A stretch of 36,593 nt of DNA from a virus (lineage: Duplodnaviria > Caudoviricetes), in the IMG/VR virus record IMGVR_UViG_3300020044_001106, positions 1 through 36,593 of that record; one strand, 5' to 3'. Positions 29,301 through 36,207 of this stretch are shown here, piece after piece (positions within the stretch are counted from its first letter, which is position 1; each line of letters opens with the position of its first letter). Made by a program: the position numbers and the translations under genes. The notes under the pieces were generated by a model, which did not search any database, was not told the DNA's origin, and worked only from the letters and a program-made list of their open reading frames with translations.

Positions 29301-29723
29301 GAGTTATTCTACACAGGCGAATTAGTTGGACAGGCAGTCGGCTTGCGCCCCGTGCTTTTAAGTGATGTTGCGGCGGCAAACCGCAAAGCGTATGAAGTTG
29401 TAAATAAAGTTGCAACCCAAAGAGCCTCAGTACTTGACCAAATTGATCGTGCAGACCGCAAGGGTGATTTGGATGCGTCAATTGCCGCACGTGAAGCCAA
29501 AAACAAATTCAACATCAAGTACAGCGAATTATTCCCTAAACTTATTATCTCTAACGAAGACGTACTCAGCTTCAAAGAGGGTCGTAATAAATCACGTAGC
29601 AGATCAATTGGCGGTTTTGAGTTAACACCACAGAACAGAATTGTTGCCGAACAAGTTATAGACCGTTCCCGTGAGGCATTAATTAAGCGAGAGCAAGAGA
29701 TACGCGAAAAAAATCCCCGGTGA
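23340..29723 (+). CDS. Large internal virion (polyvalent-type) protein with zincin-like HExxH metallopeptidase domain
   Basis: 2127 aa; TVLHELLHAAT at ~26205-26237 with downstream EFLAYGMS; helical C-terminal region; last late gene. Confidence 0.8.
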   Translation: MAIEAQLADGRILEFPDGTDPAVIQSTVKRLIAESQPAPKTTPKPTQAAEPVGYDFGAAMAADIAPAETSEKKIYTGSVFDTQPFEPKFDPAEADRLSRRAYAEATTKPPRRTQYVQATPKEQLERTAGQAALDTTIGVLQGAVGIPKSIASNINAGDNPVARFYESASQAGQRAKSPYLQSQAAEREAFIKNVTANQGELAGTRAAFTSMFSPAGADIVAQGAGSMIPTVGLSLLSLGQKSMAAMNALSVAGEAAQNTAQKLSQMSPENWSNSSAYQELRSSGMSHRDAVNMLAPLYAIPNQLLGGVIGKVSGSTGLEKTLAGKSITGGARERAARAGAELLGEQAETLVPSFAANVTQRIFDDKQSLVEGLGKEAVETAFGTTPGAALAASGRAGKPSPRDTQVAVSPPVVEPTVTAPVQERVEPTFDAAEFDRTAPPPPITPTAPAPVAEAVAPTEQVKAIAERLQKRGISRKAALAMAEREVSANEPTPDETGGTANVAEPISTPSGTSPDLVEQPSTELPSGGVAGVDTSGMVPTGQAAAGVTAGEGTQPTALTAEEELDKKSREETSSLPFDELRAKTKEGVSAPGTVYTATYNDIDTDLEGNRITTPNSADYKVVRMDGGWTVVSDADGSKPVLLPPSRAAANTDEQLVEQRNNQSSLVSNTIVKPTETKGADVGTETTETIETTQEGQEAPPAGAVAGKRGPKPKPAEVKAQIRVSRNEQNRINNKAEDKRKKFVAQLQQTLTPEQIEELSFEEAEQAEIDARQSRRSALRGLVELQDNPNIARGSAVGKRISAALKDSKATEAELADIRRGIKAAKDVLTGPKEDVLGAVAAPGISGKTESKSSKSADVKVDKPDAGFSKLTTGSQAITHIVKNGSLFQRFVAERIRNFMVGVKFVVVEEGDATPANILAKMEGARGLFVYTPGQKDRTIYVRGSSFGDLQGINNITVLHELLHAATASRIQAGLIKGFKNASLQKFMREMSGVMKSAEDAYRSGIRSGSVSSDLQDLIEADADNVEFDDRGRPKFQIFNDHNEFLAYGMSSPEFQKFLMGVQGVRKETSIFAKFTNSIRDLFGIKQGEATAFSDLIDITDKMLNKRLTAVEMGRTFLQQKGPLTEEQKAQREKEKAVTRALQAVDRSFEAEKISEETEVLQRLRSLDVAPVLKEAAKGMSSLQKKAISKALSTPLVAEIGGVNVPELINTNRLLEDMEASKMEMLRAGAKLVDDIKRLLPTQESREKVSRAALVFTASRVDPRVDKSVVRLNKIYDDLTADEKKALDEIAGYYGDIMDNYDYLLGENVKALRPGEAAKLTAALREALGKENRIPFYVPLARDQNGEFYLRVGTTEFHIRKTEAERDRLAESIAEERNTTVEQLLQDKEIEVGNDIEVLRKKVLDSSDALRRLFIMIEDADFTAEEQGASLQKAKDGMKDSVFQLWLHMQPESSSRKQFIHRNKYPPAGFRTDVIQNLAESVLKFSNNMARLEYAPQLRRSISQAQASIENRPAYAPYVSEMALRVNDTLAPDNQSIAMGVARFGNSFTFGYYMSESTALLQLLSVYQVGTAQLAKQYPMTAVAKEMAKMSQIWNTIGVKNEYGEWVMPTIEQALNLESRPTDSAKVRLDKEQDRAFIDAMHERNVSESTGARDLQGYKDLPTEKYGSKYERAKRVGRFVVGGLIHATERLSREFMFMSSAHLIRDKAVAEFRKTAEYKNAPDKIAAERAFGEANLDSWADKAAKDTNAALFNYSESAKPRYMRGAVGRVALQFFTYQLNVGSFIARNFIGMIKPLPGDTRVECMRAFSTLMATTFSLGGTSALFGGPIVIGFISLIMKMFKEEDEPDELKDIDLYERFKIFLHEQLGDVTIGGKSLAKIVDQGPLNAFTGLDVSSRISVSNILTPPEVRAARTSREGVLNYAQLYGGANLQAVLSLADGVDLLIKGEHYRGFEKLMPWAAARNKMVAVRQKMEGEKSLKLGDDVVEAELFYTGELVGQAVGLRPVLLSDVAAANRKAYEVVNKVATQRASVLDQIDRADRKGDLDASIAAREAKNKFNIKYSELFPKLIISNEDVLSFKEGRNKSRSRSIGGFELTPQNRIVAEQVIDRSREALIKREQEIREKNPR

Positions 29724-29735
29724 TTAGCCGGGGAT
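29707..29735 (-). terminator. Rho-independent terminator for minus-strand transcription
   Basis: Stem ATCCCCGG/CCGGGGAT (29713-29720 / 29728-29735) running into a U tract on the - strand; sits at the convergence point of the two gene blocks. Confidence 0.85.
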
Positions 29736-29767
29736 AAAAGGAGAGTAGCAACCAACTTAAAAATCTT
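29707..29767 (-). ncRNA. Candidate ~60-nt small RNA with anti-SD tract (CUCUCCUUUU)
   Basis: Bounded by a promoter-like element (29775-29803) and the terminator; no ORF. Confidence 0.45.
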
Positions 29768-29774
29768 AGGGTTC

Positions 29775-29803
29775 AGTCTACTTTAAACCCGCCATACACG
29801 CAA
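29775..29803 (-). promoter_or_regulatory. sigma70-like promoter TTGCGT-17-TAGACT
   Basis: -35 at 29803-29798, -10 at 29780-29775. Confidence 0.5.
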
Positions 29804-29977
29804 GCCTTTGATCCCGTCTTCTATAACTACTTTCGTAACAGTAGTCATCTTTAACCGCCTACAGATTGTTGCAATCGTTCCCCGGGCGGCTTTCTCGTCA
29901 ATGCAGGGTACAAAGAAAGAATAGCCGCGCCGGAACTTAGACCAGTCAATCTGATACGTCACCGTCTCGATTTTCAT
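29783..29977 (-). CDS. Small conserved-looking phage protein (GYSFFVPC...GLRVWRV)
   Basis: 64 aa; overlaps the 3' end of the primase-helicase gene. Confidence 0.7.
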   Translation of the reverse strand: MKIETVTYQIDWSKFRRGYSFFVPCIDEKAARGTIATICRRLKMTTVTKVVIEDGIKGLRVWRV

Positions 29978-32798
29978 CTTTAGCTACGAAGGCGTCCATC
30001 TGTAAGAACTCGGCGGAAGATGCGTCAAACTTCAGCACCCGTACTGCGGGAGATACAACCTTCATGCCCTTGGACATTCGCTTGTTTACACCCTCTAAGT
30101 AAATCTTGGCGTTGCCTAATTCTTTTAAGGTAGTCTTGTAGTTGATCTGCTGTTTGACGCAGAAGTCTTTAAATTGTTTGGCCGCGATGAAGAGTTCTTT
30201 GGTATCTGGCTCATAGCGTATGAGCAGCTCTCCACGGGGCTCAAGCATGGGCATGGACTGCAGGTTACTACGAGCATCGACCTCACCATTTACAACTAAA
30301 GCATTAATAATGTGGGCATTAACAAACTCACCAAGGATTGTCACGGGTGTTGAGTTTGGTGCTTGGATTTCAAACCTCATGTCACCGAGCATACCTTTGA
30401 GCCACTCGTAAACAGCCTTCATGTCGTAGTCGTGCAGTTCCAACTGTGATGCAATCAAACCACCAGCTATATTGCACGCTGATACACCTGACCAAAAACG
30501 CTCCTTCTGATTAAACTGAACTTCTCGGTCAAGTCGAGCCTGAATCTTACGCACCAGAGCTATTGCTTCTTCCAAGTTGTTGACAAGCCATTGAATGTAA
30601 ATTTCACCGGCATGACCAAAGTTCTCCCGAAGCTGGTGGTCAAACATCTGCTTACCTTCTTGCACCTCAATGATGCCGTTGGGTTCAATCTTGTACTCAA
30701 GCAGACGCATGGACTCGCCATCGGGCGTATTCTTTGCCACACCTAACTTTTCATAGAAGCTGGCGTTTGCCGAGCACAAAGTCATACCCTGCCAACTAGT
30801 GTTGTTAACACGCAAAGTATTGGTCTGCCCATTCATTTTGTTTTTGCCTCGGCCTTGGCTGATGCTGTACGCCAAGTCAGAGAACTCCATACCACTCAGG
30901 TTAGTGATCTCGTCAATAGTGTTGGGCAGATTGTTCATTACGCCAAGCTGGTGCATCTTTGCGTTGAACGTATCCTTGTACATAGAGGTCAACCCCTTGG
31001 GTTCACCATACACACTGTTGCACATAAACAACGCTGTCGACTTACCTGAACCAGACTCAGGGTGAATCACGTTAATGATCGCACCTTCAAGACCTGTAAA
31101 TTTCAACAGTGGTGAGCCAAATGCCGTGAGTGCGGCAAACGCATGGGGTTCAAGCCCCGGCCTAGCGTACATGTTGAACGCTTCTTTCCACTTCTCCATA
31201 GAGCCTTTGGTGATTAGCTTTCCGGCAATATCTTTTGTAACGCTTGACGGCGGGCTGTAAAACACTCCGTCTTTTGTAATCTCTCTATCGCCAAGAATGA
31301 ACTTACTGTTCCCCTCGACCCAACCAAACTGAGTTCTCATGGTCTCTGCCTTTTTAATGTATTGCAAATTTTTTATAAAGAAAACAACATACCTTGCAAG
31401 CAATTCGTACTGTGACTTATGGGCTACAACTCCGTTGTGTGCCAACTGTTTGCGCAACTCATCGGGTGATGAGATACCCATCGTAGGGATGCTGAACTCT
31501 CGAACACCGTCATGCGGTAGGTGCAAACGAAACAAAGCTATCTCGCCAAGCTCAGGGTCACGCATGCGCTTGACCACATACAAGTCGTGCTCGTAAACAA
31601 GTTTTGGCTCGGCTTCGTCATCTTCGCTCTCAGGGCGGATGTAAACACCACCCTTCTTGCCACGGAAGAACGGAAATGGGTACTCTGGTATATGCTGTAT
31701 CTCAACCTCACCGTCTTCATCTTCAACGGCGTATTCGTTATCTTCTGCTTCGGCTTGTTCAATCTCAACACCGAGCATGATGGGCGATTTAATTTTGCCT
31801 CTATGGATGCAACCCTCACAACCTTGCGGATTGAGTTTTGCAAATGTCGCGCAGTGATGTGGGCCACCTTTGCTACGTAGGTTGTTAACTTTATTGTCAA
31901 CTTCTACGGCATCGTAACCCTCATGCTGATTCGACAGTTTATGTGCGGCCTTGTCTCCATCTACGCAAAAAGCTGCAATAGAAAGAGCGGAGCGCCACAA
32001 CGGTTCTTCAATGTCGTTTTGGTTTTCAAAGCAGTGGTTAAGTTGGGCGCACCCACCTTCACCCTTCATCATGATCGTCTTAAACCGCTTGACCTTGTTA
32101 CCCATGAGTGCTTCCATCATCGGGCTCATTGAGCGCGGAATGAAATCGGGTACATCGTCCTTTGGTTCAGGCGCACCAAGCAAGTCTTTGACTTCTTGGT
32201 ATGTCATGCGAGGCGTCAGTTCATTTAAAACTGTTACCTCTTTGGGTTCTTCCTGTTTAAAATTGAATGTGCCGGGAATGCGCAGGATACGTGAAGCCTC
32301 AAAGACTGAGGAGTCCACAATCAACCCTTGCTCAACGCACAACTCACGAAGCCTGTTGGCTAGTGGCTCCCACTCTCGGCGAGACACTGTTTCTTCTAGT
32401 AGCCAGTACGCATGTATGCCGTAACCAGAACTTACTAGTATTGGCCTTGGTAAGCCGACCGCAATGCAGAACTTCTTGAACTCATCGAGTCCCGTTTGCT
32501 GATCGAGATAGCCTTTGATAATGCCTTTTTTGTCGGGTACACCTTTGGTTGGGCCACAGTCAATGTCCATCCACAGAGCACGGAAGTATTTAGCATTTTC
32601 ATGGGTGCGGTTGTTTAACGAGCCGTACTTGGCGCATCCAAAGAATACGTCAATCTTTCGTGAAACAAACTGCTGCGCTAGCTCTTCAACCTCTTCCTTA
32701 GTATCTACAAAATTCTGGTCAGGATACTTACCAATCCCCATCACACAGTAGCGCCCTTCCGGTGGCAGTACCGTATTTAGTAGATCGAAAGATGACAT
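29946..32798 (-). CDS. Primase-helicase (RepB/AEP-like primase + Cys-cluster domain + DUF927/SF3-like helicase)
   Basis: LWMDIDCG, SSGYGIHAYW and RILRIPGT primase motifs; C...C..CxxC cluster; QFGW; Walker A SGSGKST; IDE Walker B. Confidence 0.9.
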   Translation of the reverse strand: MSSFDLLNTVLPPEGRYCVMGIGKYPDQNFVDTKEEVEELAQQFVSRKIDVFFGCAKYGSLNNRTHENAKYFRALWMDIDCGPTKGVPDKKGIIKGYLDQQTGLDEFKKFCIAVGLPRPILVSSGYGIHAYWLLEETVSRREWEPLANRLRELCVEQGLIVDSSVFEASRILRIPGTFNFKQEEPKEVTVLNELTPRMTYQEVKDLLGAPEPKDDVPDFIPRSMSPMMEALMGNKVKRFKTIMMKGEGGCAQLNHCFENQNDIEEPLWRSALSIAAFCVDGDKAAHKLSNQHEGYDAVEVDNKVNNLRSKGGPHHCATFAKLNPQGCEGCIHRGKIKSPIMLGVEIEQAEAEDNEYAVEDEDGEVEIQHIPEYPFPFFRGKKGGVYIRPESEDDEAEPKLVYEHDLYVVKRMRDPELGEIALFRLHLPHDGVREFSIPTMGISSPDELRKQLAHNGVVAHKSQYELLARYVVFFIKNLQYIKKAETMRTQFGWVEGNSKFILGDREITKDGVFYSPPSSVTKDIAGKLITKGSMEKWKEAFNMYARPGLEPHAFAALTAFGSPLLKFTGLEGAIINVIHPESGSGKSTALFMCNSVYGEPKGLTSMYKDTFNAKMHQLGVMNNLPNTIDEITNLSGMEFSDLAYSISQGRGKNKMNGQTNTLRVNNTSWQGMTLCSANASFYEKLGVAKNTPDGESMRLLEYKIEPNGIIEVQEGKQMFDHQLRENFGHAGEIYIQWLVNNLEEAIALVRKIQARLDREVQFNQKERFWSGVSACNIAGGLIASQLELHDYDMKAVYEWLKGMLGDMRFEIQAPNSTPVTILGEFVNAHIINALVVNGEVDARSNLQSMPMLEPRGELLIRYEPDTKELFIAAKQFKDFCVKQQINYKTTLKELGNAKIYLEGVNKRMSKGMKVVSPAVRVLKFDASSAEFLQMDAFVAKDENRDGDVSD

Positions 32799-32801
32799 GT
32801 T

Positions 32802-33050
32802 TTACTTTATTTGGATGGTGGCTTGGGTATGGTTTATGTAATCGCTAATGGCATCATCGTAGCTATGGTAGGGGACAGAATCCCCCTTAAACCAATTGTA
32901 GATAGTCATCCGAGTTACCCCGAAAGCTCCTGCAACTTCGCTAACGCTGATGTTTGCGCGGATACAAACACGACCCAAGGCCACACCCAAAGACTTAATG
33001 CTTGCTTTTTTATTTGCGTACACCAAGCTTTGGCTGTAACCATAGGGCAT
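32802..33050 (-). CDS. Cro/XRE-like helix-turn-helix protein
   Basis: SVSEVAGAFGVTRMTIYNWFKG; start probably ATG 33050. Confidence 0.85.
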   Translation of the reverse strand: MPYGYSQSLVYANKKASIKSLGVALGRVCIRANISVSEVAGAFGVTRMTIYNWFKGDSVPYHSYDDAISDYINHTQATIQIK

Positions 33051-33051
33051 A

Positions 33052-33936
33052 TTAATCCTCGTCACTCCAAGCCTTCACCACAGAGTCAAGGTCTTTCTTA
33101 ACTGTGGGCTTAGGGTCAGCTTTCTTTTCACGCTTAGTGGGTTCCTCAATAGGAGACTCAGCTTTAGGCGCGGCGGCTTTTGGCGCTTCCAACTTAGCTT
33201 GCTTACCCGCCATGTCAGCTTGGTATGGTGTCATAACGACCATCTTCAGCACGTCGGGCTTCTTAGCTACTTCGCTAGTTACAGCGTACTCAGGTTGCTT
33301 AATGAAGCGTGTTGGTGTGAACAACACCGACTGGTTGTCGTTCTCTTCATTGAAGCTGATCTGCGTAAGAACGTAGTCCAAGCTCTTGCCGTTGTTGGCT
33401 AAATACTTGGAATAATTTTCAAACGTGTGCGCATTTTCACCATGTCCGTCACCGAACAAAGACTTAGATGCCAAGTTCATTTGATACACTTCGCCTTCGA
33501 GTGAAGTGCCGAAGTCTTCTTCTAGCACGAGCGCAATGCGACGTGAGTAGCGGCAAGCCTTTGAGTTGCCCATACCTGAACCCTTGGTGTTTTGGGTGCA
33601 GTTATCGCAACGCTCAGCTTGTTTGTTTGATGAACCTTCATCGGGCGTACGACCATCATTAGAGAAGCAGTCGGGCGCAGTCGGCTCGGCATCGGGGCTC
33701 CATGCTTTTGCATAAAAAATACGACCCACAGCAGGGGATGCGTTAACGATGATGGCGTTCAAGTTACCCTTGACCTTGCCCATCTCCTCACCGCCGACTG
33801 TCTTACGGAAGATTCCGTTTTTAGGCACGATGCGTTTAACGCCAGACTTGCCAGCGAGTTGTTTTGTAAGCTCACTAACACCTGCGGTTTGCAGGAAGTC
33901 GGGGAGGTCTTGGTTGAGAATAGTGAGATCACTCAT
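33052..33936 (-). CDS. Putative single-stranded DNA-binding protein
   Basis: Start at ATG 33936 (AAGGA RBS); Cys motif C..CxxC..C; flexible tail ending in acidic WSDED; replication context. Confidence 0.6.
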   Translation of the reverse strand: MSDLTILNQDLPDFLQTAGVSELTKQLAGKSGVKRIVPKNGIFRKTVGGEEMGKVKGNLNAIIVNASPAVGRIFYAKAWSPDAEPTAPDCFSNDGRTPDEGSSNKQAERCDNCTQNTKGSGMGNSKACRYSRRIALVLEEDFGTSLEGEVYQMNLASKSLFGDGHGENAHTFENYSKYLANNGKSLDYVLTQISFNEENDNQSVLFTPTRFIKQPEYAVTSEVAKKPDVLKMVVMTPYQADMAGKQAKLEAPKAAAPKAESPIEEPTKREKKADPKPTVKKDLDSVVKAWSDED

Positions 33937-33937
33937 T

Positions 33938-34363
33938 TCATTTTTCCTTAGAACGTCTAACAACCACGGAATAAGCATTCTCCACATTGAGGCCAAGTGG
34001 TAGAACTGTGGGATTCTCAGAGAGAAACTCCTTCATATTTGTTTGATGAAGTCTCTTCTCTAACAGGCCAAATGCACCATGCTCCTCTATGAAGTCGTAC
34101 ATTGAATCCCAATCGTTCGTCCAGTACCGTGACTTTACCGATCGAATGATTGTGCCGTGTGGGGTGCGAATGCTATCAGCATTCATGTCTTTGCATACAT
34201 CGAGCATCTGTGCTTCTAAAACATCCATCTGCTCTTTGAGGTCTGTGTCTTCAGCTTCAAACATGCGCTTGTTGTCGGCACGCTTGTCTCTGATCTTGAT
34301 GTAGATTGAGGTTAGCTTACCTAAATCTAGGGGGGTTGTTTGTTCTTGAATTTCTTCAATCAT
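33938..34363 (-). CDS. Hypothetical coiled-coil replication-module protein (Gam/gp157-like architecture)
   Basis: AGGAG RBS; N-terminal coiled coil, DWDSMYDFI, LPLGLNV. Confidence 0.6.
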   Translation of the reverse strand: MIEEIQEQTTPLDLGKLTSIYIKIRDKRADNKRMFEAEDTDLKEQMDVLEAQMLDVCKDMNADSIRTPHGTIIRSVKSRYWTNDWDSMYDFIEEHGAFGLLEKRLHQTNMKEFLSENPTVLPLGLNVENAYSVVVRRSKEK

Positions 34364-34384
34364 CTAATTCTCCTAATGGTTAAG

Positions 34385-34477
34385 TGTGTAGCAATGGCAG
34401 TTCACATGAAGCAGTGTTTCGTCCACTTTTAGGAGGTGTTGTATCGGCGCTAACCCGATACCCACCACTGCCACACA
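34385..34477 (-). ncRNA. Structured RNA element (multi-stem, 93 nt) in the leader of the replication operon
   Basis: 16-bp closing stem whose 4 non-WC positions are all G-U on the - strand; 7-bp hairpin GUAUCGG/CCGAUAC; begins at the predicted TSS. Confidence 0.7.
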
Positions 34478-34483
34478 AATACA

Positions 34484-34511
34484 AGTGTACTCTAACTTTT
34501 TACATTGTCAA
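34484..34511 (-). promoter_or_regulatory. sigma70 promoter TTGACA-16-TACACT
   Basis: Perfect -35 at 34511-34506, -10 at 34489-34484; overlaps the end of the helicase gene. Confidence 0.75.
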
Positions 34512-35895
34512 GAGTTTCCGAAGAAATTTCTTGTTTGTACAGATCAATTACTTTTTGGTGATTGTTTATGTTGCCCTGAAGCATCGTGTACATCTTGGCC
34601 TCAATAGGGCTACCCTTGATGTGTACCACAGTCATGTTATTGACTTGCCCGGGGCGGTCGATACGTGCGTTGGCTTGCAAGTACGTTTCAACACTTGTGC
34701 ATGGAGCATACCAAATGATTGTGTTGGCGGCAGTTAGAGTTAACCCGTGTGAGGCCGCTTTCGGTTGGATGATTAATACTTTTGGTTCTGGTTGCTCTTG
34801 AAACTGCTTAACAATATCTGAGCGTTTGTTTACAGGAACCGAGCCGTTAATCACCTCGCATGTAATGTTGTGTTTCTGTAAGTGCTTCTCAAGTAATTCA
34901 ATCGTATGCGTAAACGGAACAAACACAAGCACCTTGTGGCTTGACTCTTCAATTACTTCTTGCACCACGTTGAGCCTATTGCTCACATCGAACTCAATGA
35001 CTTCGTTTGTATCCGTATACACCGCACCTCCAGCTATTTGCAAGAGTTTGTTAATTTGTACGGCAGCGTTAACGGCTGATACTTCTTCGCCAGCAGCCTC
35101 AATGAGCATCTGCTTCTTTAGTATGTTGTAGAACTTTAACTGCTGCGGTGTTAATGGTGCATCTCGCTCAACGAATGTAACGGGCGGAAGATCAAGGCAG
35201 TCGGCTTTCTCAAACCGAATAGCGGGTTGCAATGCTTTGTGAACGATGAGTTGTGCAGTTGGTTTAGGTATCCACTTGTACATAGTGAGCTTCATCATCA
35301 CTGTGTCTCGGAACTGACCGAAGAATGGTGACACGCCCTTGGGGTTCACAAGCTTTGCCAATCCGTAAGCATCCACAGGCGACTGCGCGGCAGGCGTACC
35401 CGTCAACATCCACAAGCCCTTGATAACTTTTGTTAGGTCTCGTAGGTCTTTCCAACGCTCGGTCTGTGCATTCTTATATGCAGATGCCTCGTCCACTACG
35501 ATGAGGTCAAACCCACCGGCAATGATTTCTTTCTTCACGATGCCAACGCCATCGAAGTTAATGATGACGAACTCAGCACCGGTGTTCACAATTTCTTTAC
35601 GCTTACGTGCGGCTCCATAAGCGACTACTACGGTTCGGTGAATGGCAAACTTAAACAAGTCATTCTGCCAAGCCGACTTCATGATCGACAAAGGGCAGAT
35701 CACTAATACACGCTTCACTAACCCAATCGTCATCAGGTAATCAACAGCCCAAATGACTGATGCTGTTTTACCTGTACCCTGCTCGTTAAAGCAAAACGCC
35801 TTGCGGTTCGTTGTTAGGAATTCTGATGTTGTCTTCTGATGCTCAAACGGCGTGAACCCCGGAGGACGAGGCCACGTATACTCTGATAGGTTCAT
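34492..35895 (-). CDS. SNF2-family (SF2) helicase
   Basis: EQGTGKT, VICP, VVDEAS, LTGTP, HGLTLTAA, QANARIDRPGQ. Confidence 0.93.
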   Translation of the reverse strand: MNLSEYTWPRPPGFTPFEHQKTTSEFLTTNRKAFCFNEQGTGKTASVIWAVDYLMTIGLVKRVLVICPLSIMKSAWQNDLFKFAIHRTVVVAYGAARKRKEIVNTGAEFVIINFDGVGIVKKEIIAGGFDLIVVDEASAYKNAQTERWKDLRDLTKVIKGLWMLTGTPAAQSPVDAYGLAKLVNPKGVSPFFGQFRDTVMMKLTMYKWIPKPTAQLIVHKALQPAIRFEKADCLDLPPVTFVERDAPLTPQQLKFYNILKKQMLIEAAGEEVSAVNAAVQINKLLQIAGGAVYTDTNEVIEFDVSNRLNVVQEVIEESSHKVLVFVPFTHTIELLEKHLQKHNITCEVINGSVPVNKRSDIVKQFQEQPEPKVLIIQPKAASHGLTLTAANTIIWYAPCTSVETYLQANARIDRPGQVNNMTVVHIKGSPIEAKMYTMLQGNINNHQKVIDLYKQEISSETLDNVKS

Positions 35896-36206
35896 TTTTT
35901 CTTACGTTCCTTGGTGCTTACTTCTGATACTACTTTGTGGTTTGAGCCACGTTTGAATGATCGGTTGGCTGATGGAGTTTGAAGTTTGGTTCCGTTTTTG
36001 TTGGAGCCACCTTTAGATAGTGCCTTGATATGAGCAACATCTTTGCCTTCGCGCACGTCAGCGCGTCCATCGTTGTTTTGGTCTGCATTCTTTTTATCTA
36101 TACCTTCTCTAGCACGCTGACGCTCTAAGCGAGCTGCGCTTTCACCACGCTCAATCTGCTGCTGATACTCTTTTTTATATGGTCGGGGTTTGTTTACGTA
36201 GGGCAT
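35892..36206 (-). CDS. HNH-like small basic protein
   Basis: GKDVAHIKALSKGGSN...ANRSF; start probably ATG 36206 (AGGA RBS). Confidence 0.65.
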   Translation of the reverse strand: MPYVNKPRPYKKEYQQQIERGESAARLERQRAREGIDKKNADQNNDGRADVREGKDVAHIKALSKGGSNKNGTKLQTPSANRSFKRGSNHKVVSEVSTKERKKK

Positions 36207-36207
36207 G

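Noticed and set aside
25577-29755. Series of 70-170 aa minus-strand ORFs within the large virion gene
   Set aside because: Mostly in the mirror frame of a long gene, as expected from codon bias
34385-34477. tRNA or self-cleaving ribozyme interpretation of the structured RNA
   Set aside because: No T-loop GTTC or D-loop consensus; closing stem too long; no hammerhead CUGANGA core or twister/pistol consensus recognised
34384-34737. 117-aa plus-strand ORF and the plus-strand AGGAGGT at 34431
   Set aside because: Antisense to the helicase; no suitably spaced start codon follows the SD-like sequence, so it is better explained as the minus-strand anti-SD tract
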